Source of the DNA: an uncultured Acidobacteriota bacterium
GTDB lineage: Bacteria; Acidobacteriota; Terriglobia; UBA7540
DNA length: 64,000 bases
Assembly (NCBI GenBank): GCA_963804995.1
Contig: CAWDSK010000005.1
Span: 480,001-544,000 of the forward strand
Direction of reading: 5' to 3'
Numbering within the stretch: position 1 is the stretch's first letter; the number at the start of each line of letters is the position of its first letter. The position numbers and the translations under genes are program-made. The notes beneath the pieces were generated by a model. The model worked only from the letters and a program-made list of their open reading frames with translations. It was not told the origin of the DNA and did not search any database. Positions 1 through 10,148 of this stretch are shown here, piece by piece.

Positions 1-1
1 T

Positions 2-1867
2 CTATTGTGGCTCTCCCTCACTCGCCTGCTTCAAGCCCACGGCGGGAAAGTAGGACCCCAGCAGGCGGCGCTGCCACCACTCGCCCGTGGCCCGGCGCTC
101 AGACCAATCTGAGAATTGATAGTCGTAAACCACAGCGCGCAGAAATTTCGGAGGCGATTGTGGAAAAGGGTTTTTCGCGAGCAAGGCCAGCACAGGAGGT
201 GACCCTTTGAGCAACTGGAACATGAGATCGGAAAACCAGGGTAAATTGCGGGGGTTGCCCAGCGCCGCAAACCACATTTGCCAATCGAGTCGGGGCTGGA
301 AGGGCTCAACCCACGGCGGGGCGCGCCGCAGGTCGCCGGGCTTGGATTTAAATTCATAGGCAAGCCAGGTCTTTCCGTCGTCGCTGCCTTCAATAATGAT
401 TTCGGGGCGCGAAGTGGTCATGACTGCGAAGAGACCGTAACCGTTGACCACGCGCATGGGCTCGAGGTGGATAAGGAGCTTGAAGAGCGGCCTCGGCAAT
501 CCCCGGAGGTAGAGCAGGTCGGTAAGTTGTATGAGCCCGCCGGCCAGAATGACAACGGCCACGGGTGCGAATATCCAGCGGCGCAGAGACCAGCGCCGGG
601 GCTTGGATGCGGCCGCGCGCAGGCGCTCCGCGAAGGAGCGGGGAAAGAGGCGTTCGAGCGACGCGTCGTCGAAAAGCAGAATGCAGAGCGCGATGGTGAG
701 TAGGTTGAAGAAAGCGTAGTTCCCCGTCAGCGCAATCAGAAGCTGCAGGAGGATGATGAATCCGGCGCCCACGAATCGCCACAGGCGGGGCGCAAAGATC
801 AGGAAGGGAACTGCGAGTTCGACGAAAAACATGAAGCCTACCGAGGCATGATGAAACCAGGCGGGCAGTTGTTGCAGGTACCAGGCGATCGGCGTGGGAA
901 GTGGCTGCGTGTAGAAGTGGTAATCAAGCGCCGAAAGATCCCGCCACGTGGGGTCGCCGCTCCGGAGCTTGACGACACCTGAGGAAAATATCAGTCGGAA
1001 GAGCAGGAACCACAGCAGCCACCGCGCTGTCCTGGGGTGTGGAGCCTTTCCGGATGCGCGCGGCCAGAGATGCCAGGGGGCAAGGAAAATGGCCAGGAAT
1101 CCAGCCTCCAGCAGAAGGTTATCCCACTGAAAGGCCAGAAAATCCTGCCCGGCGGTCACCAGCGATAGATAGAGAATCCATAAAAGGGATAATACCAGGG
1201 CAGGCGCAATGTCGATGATTAATAGAAGGGAGGCGATCACGCCGCCGGCGCTCATCAGGCGCAACGCCCCATCGCTTGATCCCACCCAGGCGAGCGTGGG
1301 GAAATACCAGTAGCGCTCCGGCCCCACGCGGCTTTGGACTTCGCTCAGCAAATCCTGGACCGGCAGAATTCCGTTATGCCCAACCAACCCCACGATCTGC
1401 GTCGCGAGGGAAAGAAACGCGAAGAAATAAACGACGCCAAGCAGGCGTAGAAAAATCCACACGGCGAGCGAGAACGACGGAGGGGCAAAGTGCTTTCCCC
1501 AAAGCAGGCGGGTGAGCCGATAGAGCGGATTCCGGTGGCGCGCCACGAATCGGTAGGCAAACTCTGATACGGGAGCGAAGCCGGGAACGTGCCGGTAGAC
1601 CCAAAGCAGCCAGGCGAGCCCGGGAGCAAAGGTCAGAGTGCGGAACACTGCGTGCGCAGCGCTCAGAACTTCTCCGCTAGGGAGGATCAATTGGACGGCG
1701 CGGGCGAAGGCCTCAAGGGGGATTTCCGGGAACTGTACCGCCACCGCCTGGAACGGCTCGTAGCGGATGCGGTCTCCGGTGAGGGCCTGCCAGCGCTCGA
1801 TCCACAGGCGGCAGAAGCTGCAGTCGCCATCGTAAACCAGCAGCGGTTTGTCAGCCGGGGTGTTCAT
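2..1867 (-). CDS. DCC1-like thiol-disulfide oxidoreductase (DUF393) fused to lipase maturation factor (LMF1) family membrane protein
   Basis: N-terminal YDGDCSFC (DxxCxxC); LMF motifs FQWDNLLLEAGFL, HFYTQPLP, TGNYAFFN, NGYGLFAVMT, PRLDWQMWFAA; many TM segments. Confidence 0.9.
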   Translation of the reverse strand: MNTPADKPLLVYDGDCSFCRLWIERWQALTGDRIRYEPFQAVAVQFPEIPLEAFARAVQLILPSGEVLSAAHAVFRTLTFAPGLAWLLWVYRHVPGFAPVSEFAYRFVARHRNPLYRLTRLLWGKHFAPPSFSLAVWIFLRLLGVVYFFAFLSLATQIVGLVGHNGILPVQDLLSEVQSRVGPERYWYFPTLAWVGSSDGALRLMSAGGVIASLLLIIDIAPALVLSLLWILYLSLVTAGQDFLAFQWDNLLLEAGFLAIFLAPWHLWPRASGKAPHPRTARWLLWFLLFRLIFSSGVVKLRSGDPTWRDLSALDYHFYTQPLPTPIAWYLQQLPAWFHHASVGFMFFVELAVPFLIFAPRLWRFVGAGFIILLQLLIALTGNYAFFNLLTIALCILLFDDASLERLFPRSFAERLRAAASKPRRWSLRRWIFAPVAVVILAGGLIQLTDLLYLRGLPRPLFKLLIHLEPMRVVNGYGLFAVMTTSRPEIIIEGSDDGKTWLAYEFKSKPGDLRRAPPWVEPFQPRLDWQMWFAALGNPRNLPWFSDLMFQLLKGSPPVLALLAKNPFPQSPPKFLRAVVYDYQFSDWSERRATGEWWQRRLLGSYFPAVGLKQASEGEPQ

Positions 1868-1988
1868 CTCTCTGCGTGCCCGCAGCTATTCTAATCGAGG
1901 TGGCGACAGGAATCTCGTTGTAGAATACCGCGCAGGCACAGAGGGCAGGCGTCTTCGAGGGAAACGCGTGGACCTTAAGGGAGCTCAA

Positions 1989-3488
1989 ATGCATCGCACG
2001 GCTTGGACTTCGATTCTCTTGATTCTCTTTTGCAGCGTGGGTCTTGTGCTTTTGTCGGCGCAGGACCAGAAGAAGCCCGAGCCCCTGACCGAAGGTGAAA
2101 TCATTCGCCTTTTGCAAGGTGGAGTGCCTCCGGAGCGGGTCGAATCCTTGGCGCGCGACCGGGGTATTTCATTCGAAGTGACCGACGCGGTTGAGCGCGA
2201 CCTGAAAGATGCGGGCGCCCCGGACGCACTCCTCCAGGCGCTGCACGAAATTGCCCCTAAGGCCGCGCCCGTCGCTCCCATCAAACCTCAGCCTGTCACC
2301 CCCACGCCTCCCCTCCTGGTGGTGCAAACCACTCCGGGCGGGGCGCAGGTTTATCTGGATGATGTCTTCAGCGGCAAGACAAGCGCAGAGGGAATCCTGA
2401 GGATTCCGCACCTGGCCCCCGGTGAGCATCACCTGCGCGTCACGCTCGCAGGATTTGACGACTATGAGCAGCGCCTTGATCTTCCGGCGGGTGAGACAAC
2501 ACACTACGCAGTTGTGCTGGCGGCCACCAAGCCCCACATGCCTTCTGCCCCTGTGGCTCCCGCAGCGCCGGGAACTGCGCAATTTACTTTAGACCGGACG
2601 CTCAAGACTCCCAGCCAACCCGTCCGTGGGCTGGGATTTGGTGGCGACACTCCGATGCTGGCCGCTCTGGGTGAGGACGGTAACGTGCGGGTGTGGCGCG
2701 CGGACTCGGGCGACCTGGTCATAACCATCCCGCTCACAGACAATCCCAAGACCGTTTCCTGCATTGCTTACAGCCCGGATGGCAAGTGGCTTGTGGTCGG
2801 CGAGGCCTTCGTCAAAGCGAAGATTTTTACTGGCAAACTGGAGCTGATCGATGCCGTGAAAGGTCAGGAGGTGCGGGCCCTCACCGTGCATCACTGGGGA
2901 GTGGAGAGCGTGGCTTTCAGCCGCGATGGCCAGTGGCTGGCCTCCGCCAATTGGGATAAGAAGATTCGTCTACTAGAATTCCCGGCGGGGACTATGGCCC
3001 GTGAGTTCGAGGGTCAGGCGAAACCTCTGTGTGTGGCGCTAAGTAGGGGCGCGCAGATGATCGCTTCCGGCAATGCCGACGGGACTGTGGTGATCTGGGA
3101 GCGCGCGACCGGGAAACAACTCAATTTGCTGACGGGGCACACGGGGCGCATCCGAGGCGTCGACTTCAGCCCCGACGGCCAGTACCTTGCTACTGCCAGC
3201 GAGGACGGCTCGGCGCGCCTTTGGGATGTTTCGACGGGCGAGTCGTTGCGAACCCTTTCCGGCCACGTCGGCGCGGTGCTCTCCGTGGCGTTTAGCCCGG
3301 AGGGAAAGATTTTTGCTTCCGGCGGCGCGGACGATACAGTGCGACTTTGGGATGCCGCGAATGGCCAAAGTGTGGAGACCCTGGGCGCGCACGCCGGCGT
3401 CTGGCAGGTGGCGTTCAGCGCCAACGGTAAATACCTAGCCGCCGGCTACGCCGACGGAACCATCAACATTTGGAAGAGGCAGGAGTAG
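1989..3488 (+). CDS. Exported PEGA-domain + WD40 beta-propeller protein
   Basis: ATG 1989 after AAGGGAG; signal peptide; PEGA-like VQTTPGGAQVYLDD; several GH...W[DE] repeats (GHTGRIRGVDFSPDGQYLATASEDGSARLWD). Confidence 0.85.
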   Translation: MHRTAWTSILLILFCSVGLVLLSAQDQKKPEPLTEGEIIRLLQGGVPPERVESLARDRGISFEVTDAVERDLKDAGAPDALLQALHEIAPKAAPVAPIKPQPVTPTPPLLVVQTTPGGAQVYLDDVFSGKTSAEGILRIPHLAPGEHHLRVTLAGFDDYEQRLDLPAGETTHYAVVLAATKPHMPSAPVAPAAPGTAQFTLDRTLKTPSQPVRGLGFGGDTPMLAALGEDGNVRVWRADSGDLVITIPLTDNPKTVSCIAYSPDGKWLVVGEAFVKAKIFTGKLELIDAVKGQEVRALTVHHWGVESVAFSRDGQWLASANWDKKIRLLEFPAGTMAREFEGQAKPLCVALSRGAQMIASGNADGTVVIWERATGKQLNLLTGHTGRIRGVDFSPDGQYLATASEDGSARLWDVSTGESLRTLSGHVGAVLSVAFSPEGKIFASGGADDTVRLWDAANGQSVETLGAHAGVWQVAFSANGKYLAAGYADGTINIWKRQE

Positions 3489-3618
3489 CGGCCTCGGCCC
3501 TCGCCCGCTCAGGTGGCAAATTCGTTTTGTCCAGTGCAGGTGAAACGTACGCGGAGCGAGTCTGAGATCTCAATCAGGAATTTCCGATAAACTCGATGAA
3601 CACAGCATCCCATAGGCC

Positions 3619-4812
3619 GTGAAAATACTGATCGCGTCAGATACTTATCATCCCGATGTTAATGGGGCAGCCTATTTTTCCTATCGCCTCGCGACGCTTT
3701 TGGCCAAGCGCGGTCACGAGGTTTCCGTTATTTGCCCGTCCCAAAGCTTTCGCAAGAAAACTTTCCGGCAAGAGGGAGTGAAAGTTCTTGGAGTCCGTTC
3801 GCTCCCTCTGCTTATCTATCCCGACTTTCGTTTTTCTCCTCCTTTGCTTGTCAAACCATCGATACGGAAATTTCTCCGTGAGAATCGGCCCGACGTAATC
3901 CATATCCAAAATCATTTTTTGTTAAGCAACGCGGTGTTTGAAGTTGCCCAGGAGCTCGGGATCCCGGTCATGGGAACCAATCATATGGTGCCGGAAAACG
4001 TCGCGCATCATTTGCATCTGCCTCCCCAAATTGAAGAGAAAGTGGGAAGGTACCTCTGGTTCCGATTCGTGCAAATTTATAAACACCTCACCTTTGTTAC
4101 TGCCCCGACGGCGACGGCGGCCCAACTCAGCCAGAGACCGGGATTGGGAAAAGAAGTCATTCCCATATCCTGCGGCATCGACCTTAGCCGTTACCGTCCG
4201 GGCAATGATGGCGGAGAGCTCAAACAAAAATATGCAATTCCTGATCGACTGATCCTCTTGTATGCCGGCAGGCTGGATAAGGAAAAAAGGATTGAAGTCA
4301 TCTTCCGCTCCCTGCCTGACATCATCGAGCGCGTCAACGCTCATATGGTGGTGGCGGGAACGGGAAAATTGCGGAGCGGTCTTGAGGTTTTGGCCGCCAA
4401 TCTCGGAATAAGGGATCGAGTGACCTTCACGGGATATTTATCAGACGAGGAGTTAACCAGAATATATCGAGTCGCTCAGGTTTTTGTTATGGCGGGCGTC
4501 GCTGAGTTACAAAGTATCGTAACCATGGAAGCCATGGCTTCCGGCTTGCCGGTCATCGCCGCCCATGCCCTGGCCTTGCCGGAGCTTGTGCATGACGGGG
4601 AGAATGGATTCCTGTTTACGCAGGACGACCCTCGATCCTTAGCCACAGCCGCCGTCAAGATTCTTTCTGACGAGCCCTTGAGAAATCAGATGGCGAAGAA
4701 AAGCCTGGAAATAATCCAAACTCACGATATCAACAAGACGGTGGAACAATTCGAATTTCTCTACAAGAAAATGTTGGATATGGATTCACCCGCAGGACCT
4801 ATTTCTCGCTAA
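3619..4812 (+). CDS. GT4 family glycosyltransferase (monoglucosyldiacylglycerol synthase-like)
   Basis: MKILIASDTYHPDVNGAA start, YAGRLDKEK, ELQSIVTMEAMASGLPVI (GT-B E-x7-E motif). Confidence 0.9.
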   Translation: MKILIASDTYHPDVNGAAYFSYRLATLLAKRGHEVSVICPSQSFRKKTFRQEGVKVLGVRSLPLLIYPDFRFSPPLLVKPSIRKFLRENRPDVIHIQNHFLLSNAVFEVAQELGIPVMGTNHMVPENVAHHLHLPPQIEEKVGRYLWFRFVQIYKHLTFVTAPTATAAQLSQRPGLGKEVIPISCGIDLSRYRPGNDGGELKQKYAIPDRLILLYAGRLDKEKRIEVIFRSLPDIIERVNAHMVVAGTGKLRSGLEVLAANLGIRDRVTFTGYLSDEELTRIYRVAQVFVMAGVAELQSIVTMEAMASGLPVIAAHALALPELVHDGENGFLFTQDDPRSLATAAVKILSDEPLRNQMAKKSLEIIQTHDINKTVEQFEFLYKKMLDMDSPAGPISR

Positions 4813-4885
4813 TAGGTGCCTCGAAGAAAGAGTAGAATGGGCCGACGCCACAAATTTCGGCCTTAGCAATTGCCTGGACGGTGAG

Positions 4886-6085
4886 ATGTTTCGATCATTA
4901 CGGATTATTTTTGCCGCGATACTTCTTCTCGGCGTCGCGCTCATGGCCGCCGGGACCGAAGATCAGAAGAAACCTCAGCCGCTGACGGAAGGTGAAGTCA
5001 TCCGTTTGCTCCTGGGTGGCGTGGCGCCCGAACGTGTGGAAGAACTGGCGCGCGAGCGCGGCGTGTCGTTCGAAGTAACCGCTGCCGTTGAGCGTGACCT
5101 GCGCGACGCAGGCGCTACAGATGCGCTCCTCGAAACCCTGCGGCACGTGGCCCCCAAGCCGGTTACCCCCCCGCCCGAGCCCCCGCCACCCGCCCCTGCC
5201 GCGGTCCTGATCGTAGAGTCCACGCCCGGCGGCGCGCAAGTGTTCGTGGACGATGAGCTCGTCGCCCGAACCAGTTCCGAGGGCCGCTTGAGAATCTCAA
5301 CCCTCGCACCCGGCCCGCATCGCGTGCGCCTGGCGCTCGAAGGCTATCGCGATTTCGAACAGGCGATCGACCTCGCGGCAGGTGGCCCCCTTACTGTCAA
5401 GGCTGCGTTGGAGGCTGCCCAAGCCGCAGCCCCTCCGCCACCCAAGGTCGATCCCACTTTGAGCCGACGAGCCCCCAAGGCATACTTCGGCGTTATGATC
5501 CAGAATCTGACTCCTGAAACGGCTCAAACTTACAAGGTGCCTGACACTTTTGGAGCCTTGGTTCAGCAAGTCGATCCCCGGGGCCCCGCCGCCGCGGCCG
5601 GACTGATGATTGGCGACGTGGTCCGATCCTTTAAGGGAGAACCCTTGAAGAGTGCGGACGAGCTGAAAGCTTTGGTGGGTGCGCAAGACCCAGGCTCGGA
5701 AGTGGGGTTGGAAGTTCTTCGCAACGGCAACATCCAGATTGTGGTGGTGAAGCTGGTACCGGTGCCGGCAGACCTGAGCAAGTCGGTTCATGTTGATCAG
5801 GGCGCGCTGCGGGGCCTCACGTTTGTGGAATTGACGGACTTGTGGCGAAAGACCCTGGCCCTGCCCGAGAAGACGCGCGGGGTCATCGTAAACGAGGTTG
5901 AGCCGGACACCCTCGCTGCCCAAGCCGGGCTGGTTGCGGGCGACGTCATCGTGGAAGTGAACCGAAGTAAGGTGAGCTCGCTGGCCGACATCCCCGCCTT
6001 GGCGGCGAGAGCGGGAGGTCCCACGGTGCTGCTCGTGAATCACCAGGGCAAGGAAATGTTTGTTAAGTTTGCCACCAAACCTTAG
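4886..6085 (+). CDS. Exported PEGA-domain + tandem PDZ-domain protein
   Basis: Signal peptide; PEGA (VESTPGGAQVFVDD); two DegP-like PDZ domains (GPAAAAGLMIGDVV; TLAAQAGLVAGDVIVEVN); no protease domain. Confidence 0.85.
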   Translation: MFRSLRIIFAAILLLGVALMAAGTEDQKKPQPLTEGEVIRLLLGGVAPERVEELARERGVSFEVTAAVERDLRDAGATDALLETLRHVAPKPVTPPPEPPPPAPAAVLIVESTPGGAQVFVDDELVARTSSEGRLRISTLAPGPHRVRLALEGYRDFEQAIDLAAGGPLTVKAALEAAQAAAPPPPKVDPTLSRRAPKAYFGVMIQNLTPETAQTYKVPDTFGALVQQVDPRGPAAAAGLMIGDVVRSFKGEPLKSADELKALVGAQDPGSEVGLEVLRNGNIQIVVVKLVPVPADLSKSVHVDQGALRGLTFVELTDLWRKTLALPEKTRGVIVNEVEPDTLAAQAGLVAGDVIVEVNRSKVSSLADIPALAARAGGPTVLLVNHQGKEMFVKFATKP

Positions 6086-6163
6086 CGGCGGCCTTCGAAC
6101 GGGCTCACCGCGAGCGGATGGCTGACCACAGGTTCTTGCTGATGGTTGCTCTAATGCTGCTGG

Positions 6164-6511
6164 CTACTTTCGCAAATAGCTATCTGTCCCGTTCAACCAG
6201 TCCTGACGAATTGGGCTGAAGATATCGAAGGCCTGGCTATCTTCGAGCGCCACCGCGCTGTGCGGGACGTTTGAGGGGATTACCAAAACTTCTCCGGCGC
6301 GCAAGGTGAGTTCGCGGCCTTCCAGTTCAAACTTCATCGCGCCCTGCACGATGCAACTGATCTGCTCGCTCTCATGTTGGTGGGTCGGTACCGCGCATCC
6401 TTTGGCAAGCGACAGTTGCGCCACCATAACTTTTTCGCCACTAACCAGCTTCCTCCAAAGCTTATCGTTTACAACCTCTTTCTTGATGGTTTCCCACGCC
6501 AGATGCTGCAT
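6164..6511 (-). CDS. Cupin domain protein
   Basis: PTHQHESEQ and VIPSNVPHS cupin motifs; DIFSPIRQDWL C-terminus; GGAGG upstream. Confidence 0.85.
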   Translation of the reverse strand: MQHLAWETIKKEVVNDKLWRKLVSGEKVMVAQLSLAKGCAVPTHQHESEQISCIVQGAMKFELEGRELTLRAGEVLVIPSNVPHSAVALEDSQAFDIFSPIRQDWLNGTDSYLRK

Positions 6512-6737
6512 TACTATCCCTCCTGCCTTAGCCTGAGATGATCCGGTTGTGCGGGATCGCCGCCCCAGCGGCGACCGTCATTGTACACATCTGGCGATGA
6601 ATTTCGAGCTAAAATAGCTGCGGAGCAAGTGGTCTATCATGGCATCATCGTTCGCAGGGGGAGTCGCAAAACGACAATGACCCGGCCACGCCCTTCTCAG
6701 CAAAAGTTGTACAAAGCGCTCCAGCAAGCTCTGACTT

Positions 6738-7388
6738 ATGCTTTCACTCCTTGAACGTCACTGGTCACCGGTCACAGTCTTTCTTCGCTGCGTCGATTTC
6801 CTGGCGCTCTTCTATCTACTCATGGTTCTCTGGATTCCCTTCTTCTGGTTTCTCTTTCATCCCGCCATCCAGTTCTGGCGCCGTTTGGGGAATCGCGCCT
6901 TTTGGGTGGCGCTTCCGGTATGGCTGGGATTCGCGGGGAGCCTTATACTTTCAAGACACATGCTGTTCGCGCATCGCGTGGGGCGTAACCCGCTAACCTG
7001 GATTGTGGGGGCCATTCTTTTCATCGTTGCCAGTTGGCTGGAGGCGCAGACGCGGCACGCTTTCGGCTTCCGGCGTCTGGCAGGTTTACCGGAGTTACAC
7101 CCGGACCATCGCTTACGGGGAGTGGTCCAGAATGGGATTTACGCCCGTCTGCGCCATCCGCGCTATCTGGTTTACATGCTCTTGGTAGCGAGCATGGCAT
7201 TCCTGACGGGAGCCCCGGCAATTTTTTTACTGGCAATTCTGAACGTTGTGTTGTATCAAATCCTCGCACCGCTCGAAGAGCGCGAGCTCCTGGACCAGTA
7301 TGGCCTGCACTATGAGGCGTATCGCCGGTCCGTCCCGCGGTTCGTGCCTCGTCTAGGGCGGAGACCCGAAACCCAGAGCTCGCCCTGA
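6738..7388 (+). CDS. Isoprenylcysteine carboxyl methyltransferase / PEMT family membrane protein
   Basis: GIYARLRHPRY, EERELLDQYG..YEAYRRSVPRFVP; hydrophobic segments. Confidence 0.85.
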   Translation: MLSLLERHWSPVTVFLRCVDFLALFYLLMVLWIPFFWFLFHPAIQFWRRLGNRAFWVALPVWLGFAGSLILSRHMLFAHRVGRNPLTWIVGAILFIVASWLEAQTRHAFGFRRLAGLPELHPDHRLRGVVQNGIYARLRHPRYLVYMLLVASMAFLTGAPAIFLLAILNVVLYQILAPLEERELLDQYGLHYEAYRRSVPRFVPRLGRRPETQSSP

Positions 7389-7401
7389 AGGGGAGGTTTC
7401 C

Positions 7402-8580
7402 ATGTACCACCGCCTTATCGCCTGCCTCCTGTTTGCCATTTGGATGGTAGCCGCACCTCTGTTTGCGCAGCAGCCTTGCCCGAGCTTTTCCATTCCCGTC
7501 GGTTCGGATGAAGACCATCTGATGCTCGGCATCAATGGCGCCGACAATCCGCAGGAACAAATCGCGGCCTTGGACAAATACGCTGAGGCTAATGCCAACG
7601 CCAAGTTCATGACTTGTGCCAATGAGTATTACGCCAGCATTTATCTGAAGCAGAACAATTTCGACAAGTCCATTGAGTATGCAGAGAAGGACCTGGCCGC
7701 GAATTATCAGGACCTGAACCTGCTCCTCATCGTCATGCGCGCTTACGTGGGCAGTACCAAGGTAAGCGACACAATCTTCAACGTCATCAACAAGGTTCCG
7801 GACCAGGTGCAGACGGAGGTCAAGCCCTCGCGGCCTGATAAAGCCACCGATGCTGAGTGGGATAAAATCCAGAAGGACGCTGCGGAACTGGCCAAGGACA
7901 GCCGTGCTTACGCCGTGTACGCGTTTTTCCAGCTTGAGCCGCGCCTGACCGAACCTGCGAAGCGTGTACAGGTTCTGGACGGCTTCATCAAGACCTATCC
8001 CGAAGCGGAAAAGGATTATGCCGGCCAGCTCAACAACGCCTATTTTGATGCTTACCGCATGCAGGGCCAGCTTGACAAGGCTATGGAATACGGCGAGAAG
8101 ACCGTCGCTGCCGACCCGAACAACCTGGTCGTTTTCAACACGCTGGGTTTTATCTATGCGTTCGGCTCGGCCCAACCTAATCTTGACAAGGCCGCCGATG
8201 ATGCTCAGAAAGCCCTAACCGTGGCTCAAGGCATGAAAAAGCCGGAGGGCGTTGACGACACCACCTTCAAGCAGCAACAAACCAACCAACTCGGCATGGC
8301 CCACCTAACCCTGGGGTATGTCGCCTACGTAAGGGCTCAGAAGACCAAGAAGTTGACGCCGGCGATCGATGAACTGAAAAATGCTGTGAGCCTTTTGGAT
8401 GCGAACCCCGCTTTGCAGGGTCAGGCTCTCTACTACCTGGCTTACGCCTACGAAGCCGGATACCCGGCCAACCACCGCGGCGCCATCGACGCTTTGACCA
8501 AGGCGCAAGGCTTGCCGGGACCCTTCCAAAACCAGGCGCACGATTTGCTTGTCAAGGTCCGGGCCGCCGCGAAGATGTAG
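7402..8580 (+). CDS. Exported TPR-like alpha-helical protein
   Basis: GGAGG RBS, signal peptide ending AQQ, TPR-like repeats (KAMEYGEKTVAADPNN). Confidence 0.75.
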   Translation: MYHRLIACLLFAIWMVAAPLFAQQPCPSFSIPVGSDEDHLMLGINGADNPQEQIAALDKYAEANANAKFMTCANEYYASIYLKQNNFDKSIEYAEKDLAANYQDLNLLLIVMRAYVGSTKVSDTIFNVINKVPDQVQTEVKPSRPDKATDAEWDKIQKDAAELAKDSRAYAVYAFFQLEPRLTEPAKRVQVLDGFIKTYPEAEKDYAGQLNNAYFDAYRMQGQLDKAMEYGEKTVAADPNNLVVFNTLGFIYAFGSAQPNLDKAADDAQKALTVAQGMKKPEGVDDTTFKQQQTNQLGMAHLTLGYVAYVRAQKTKKLTPAIDELKNAVSLLDANPALQGQALYYLAYAYEAGYPANHRGAIDALTKAQGLPGPFQNQAHDLLVKVRAAAKM

Positions 8581-8626
8581 GTCTTGAGGGAATGTTCACA
8601 AAGGAGTTGGGGGGCGGAGCGCGCCA

Positions 8627-9994
8627 TCATGAATGAGGCGCCGCCGCCCGCCTTCTCCAGAACCAGTACACAGGCAAACCTACGGCAAGCATCAAGACCC
8701 CGAATCCCGCCTCGCGTGGCTCTTCCCGAAGCGTATTCCCGAGGAACCACACCGAGCCCAGCACGAAAATCATCGGCACGTATGGGTAGCCGAGAACCCG
8801 AAAAGGCCGGGGGGCGTCGGGCTTGGACCGGCGCAGCACCACCACGGCGAGCGCTCCCAGCGCATAGAACACGAACGCGGCAAAAATCGCATAGGTGAAG
8901 AGCTGTTCGTAGGTCCCCGCGGCCACCAGCGCAATCGCCCACCCACCCTGTACCAGCAGCGCCACGTACGGCGTGTGGAAGCGGGGATGCACGCGCGCAC
9001 ACCAGCGGAAGAACAGGCCGTCCTTGGCCATGGCGTAATAGACTCGGGGCGCAGCCAGGATGCTGCCGTTCAGGCTTCCCAAAGTTGAGATGATGATCAG
9101 CAGCGAGACCAAGTAGGATCCCGTGTGGCCGAAGATGTGCACTGCTGCATCTGCTCCCACGCGGGTGGAGCGCGCCACCTGGTCCAAGGGCAACACGCGA
9201 TAGTAAACGAGGTTCAAAGCCAGGTAGATGACGATGACGGCCGAAGTCCCCAGCACTAACGCCAGCGGAACGTTGCGTTCCGGACGCTTAACTTCGCCGG
9301 CCGCAAACGTGCAGGCGTTCCACCCTTCATAAGCCCAGAACGCCGCGACCATCGCCACACCGAAGGAGGCGAAAAACCGGTGGCCCGCGGGCATCGCCAA
9401 AGATGAAGGCCCAGGGGGCAGTCCCTTGACCAGCACGTAACCCAGCAGGGTGAGGACGGCGATTGCTCCCACCTTCACGCCTGTCAGGATTGACTGCAAT
9501 ACACCGCCTTCCCGGACGCCGCGGTAGTTGATTGCCGTCAGTACCGCAATTGCCCCCGCCGCGGCAGCCTTCTGTTCCCAGGGGGAAAGCGGCAGGAATT
9601 CATTCGAGTATTCGGCGAAACCTACTGCGAGAACTGCAATCCCGCCCGTTTGCGCAGCAACAAAGAATGACCAGCCACAGAGATAGCCCAGCAGCGGCCC
9701 GTAGGCTTCGCGCAGATAAACGTACTGCCCACCCGCCTGGGGCATCATGGCGGCGAGCTCCGCGAAAGACAGGGCACCGAGCAGGCTGAATAAACCAGCT
9801 ACCGCCCACACGGAAAGGGCCGCGTCCCTCGTCCCCACGGCACGCGTGATTTCTGCCGGGACGATGAAAATTCCGGTGCCGATCATGATGCCGGCGACAA
9901 TGGAAGTGGCTTCCCACAAGCCCAACGCGCGCACGAGTTGCGGCGGCTCGGAGGGATTGATCGAGGTGCCGTTAGTGTTTGCGGGAGAATCCAT
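8627..9994 (-). CDS. APC family amino acid permease
   Basis: GIMIGTGIF, AGGQYVYLREAYG, AFWAYEGW, GEVKRPERNVP; start placed at ATG 9994. Confidence 0.9.
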   Translation of the reverse strand: MDSPANTNGTSINPSEPPQLVRALGLWEATSIVAGIMIGTGIFIVPAEITRAVGTRDAALSVWAVAGLFSLLGALSFAELAAMMPQAGGQYVYLREAYGPLLGYLCGWSFFVAAQTGGIAVLAVGFAEYSNEFLPLSPWEQKAAAAGAIAVLTAINYRGVREGGVLQSILTGVKVGAIAVLTLLGYVLVKGLPPGPSSLAMPAGHRFFASFGVAMVAAFWAYEGWNACTFAAGEVKRPERNVPLALVLGTSAVIVIYLALNLVYYRVLPLDQVARSTRVGADAAVHIFGHTGSYLVSLLIIISTLGSLNGSILAAPRVYYAMAKDGLFFRWCARVHPRFHTPYVALLVQGGWAIALVAAGTYEQLFTYAIFAAFVFYALGALAVVVLRRSKPDAPRPFRVLGYPYVPMIFVLGSVWFLGNTLREEPREAGFGVLMLAVGLPVYWFWRRRAAAPHS

Positions 9995-10148
9995 GGAAGA
10001 GGCCGCGCTCAGCAAACATGGCCCACGCTCCCGAATGGCCGGGCGCTTGCGACTTGTGAGAGTGCCTGAGATTTGGGTGTTTGGCAAGGTCTATGGCGAC
10101 GCCGCAAGTGCGCTATAACCGCAGATTCCATTCCATTCGATCGGGGCG

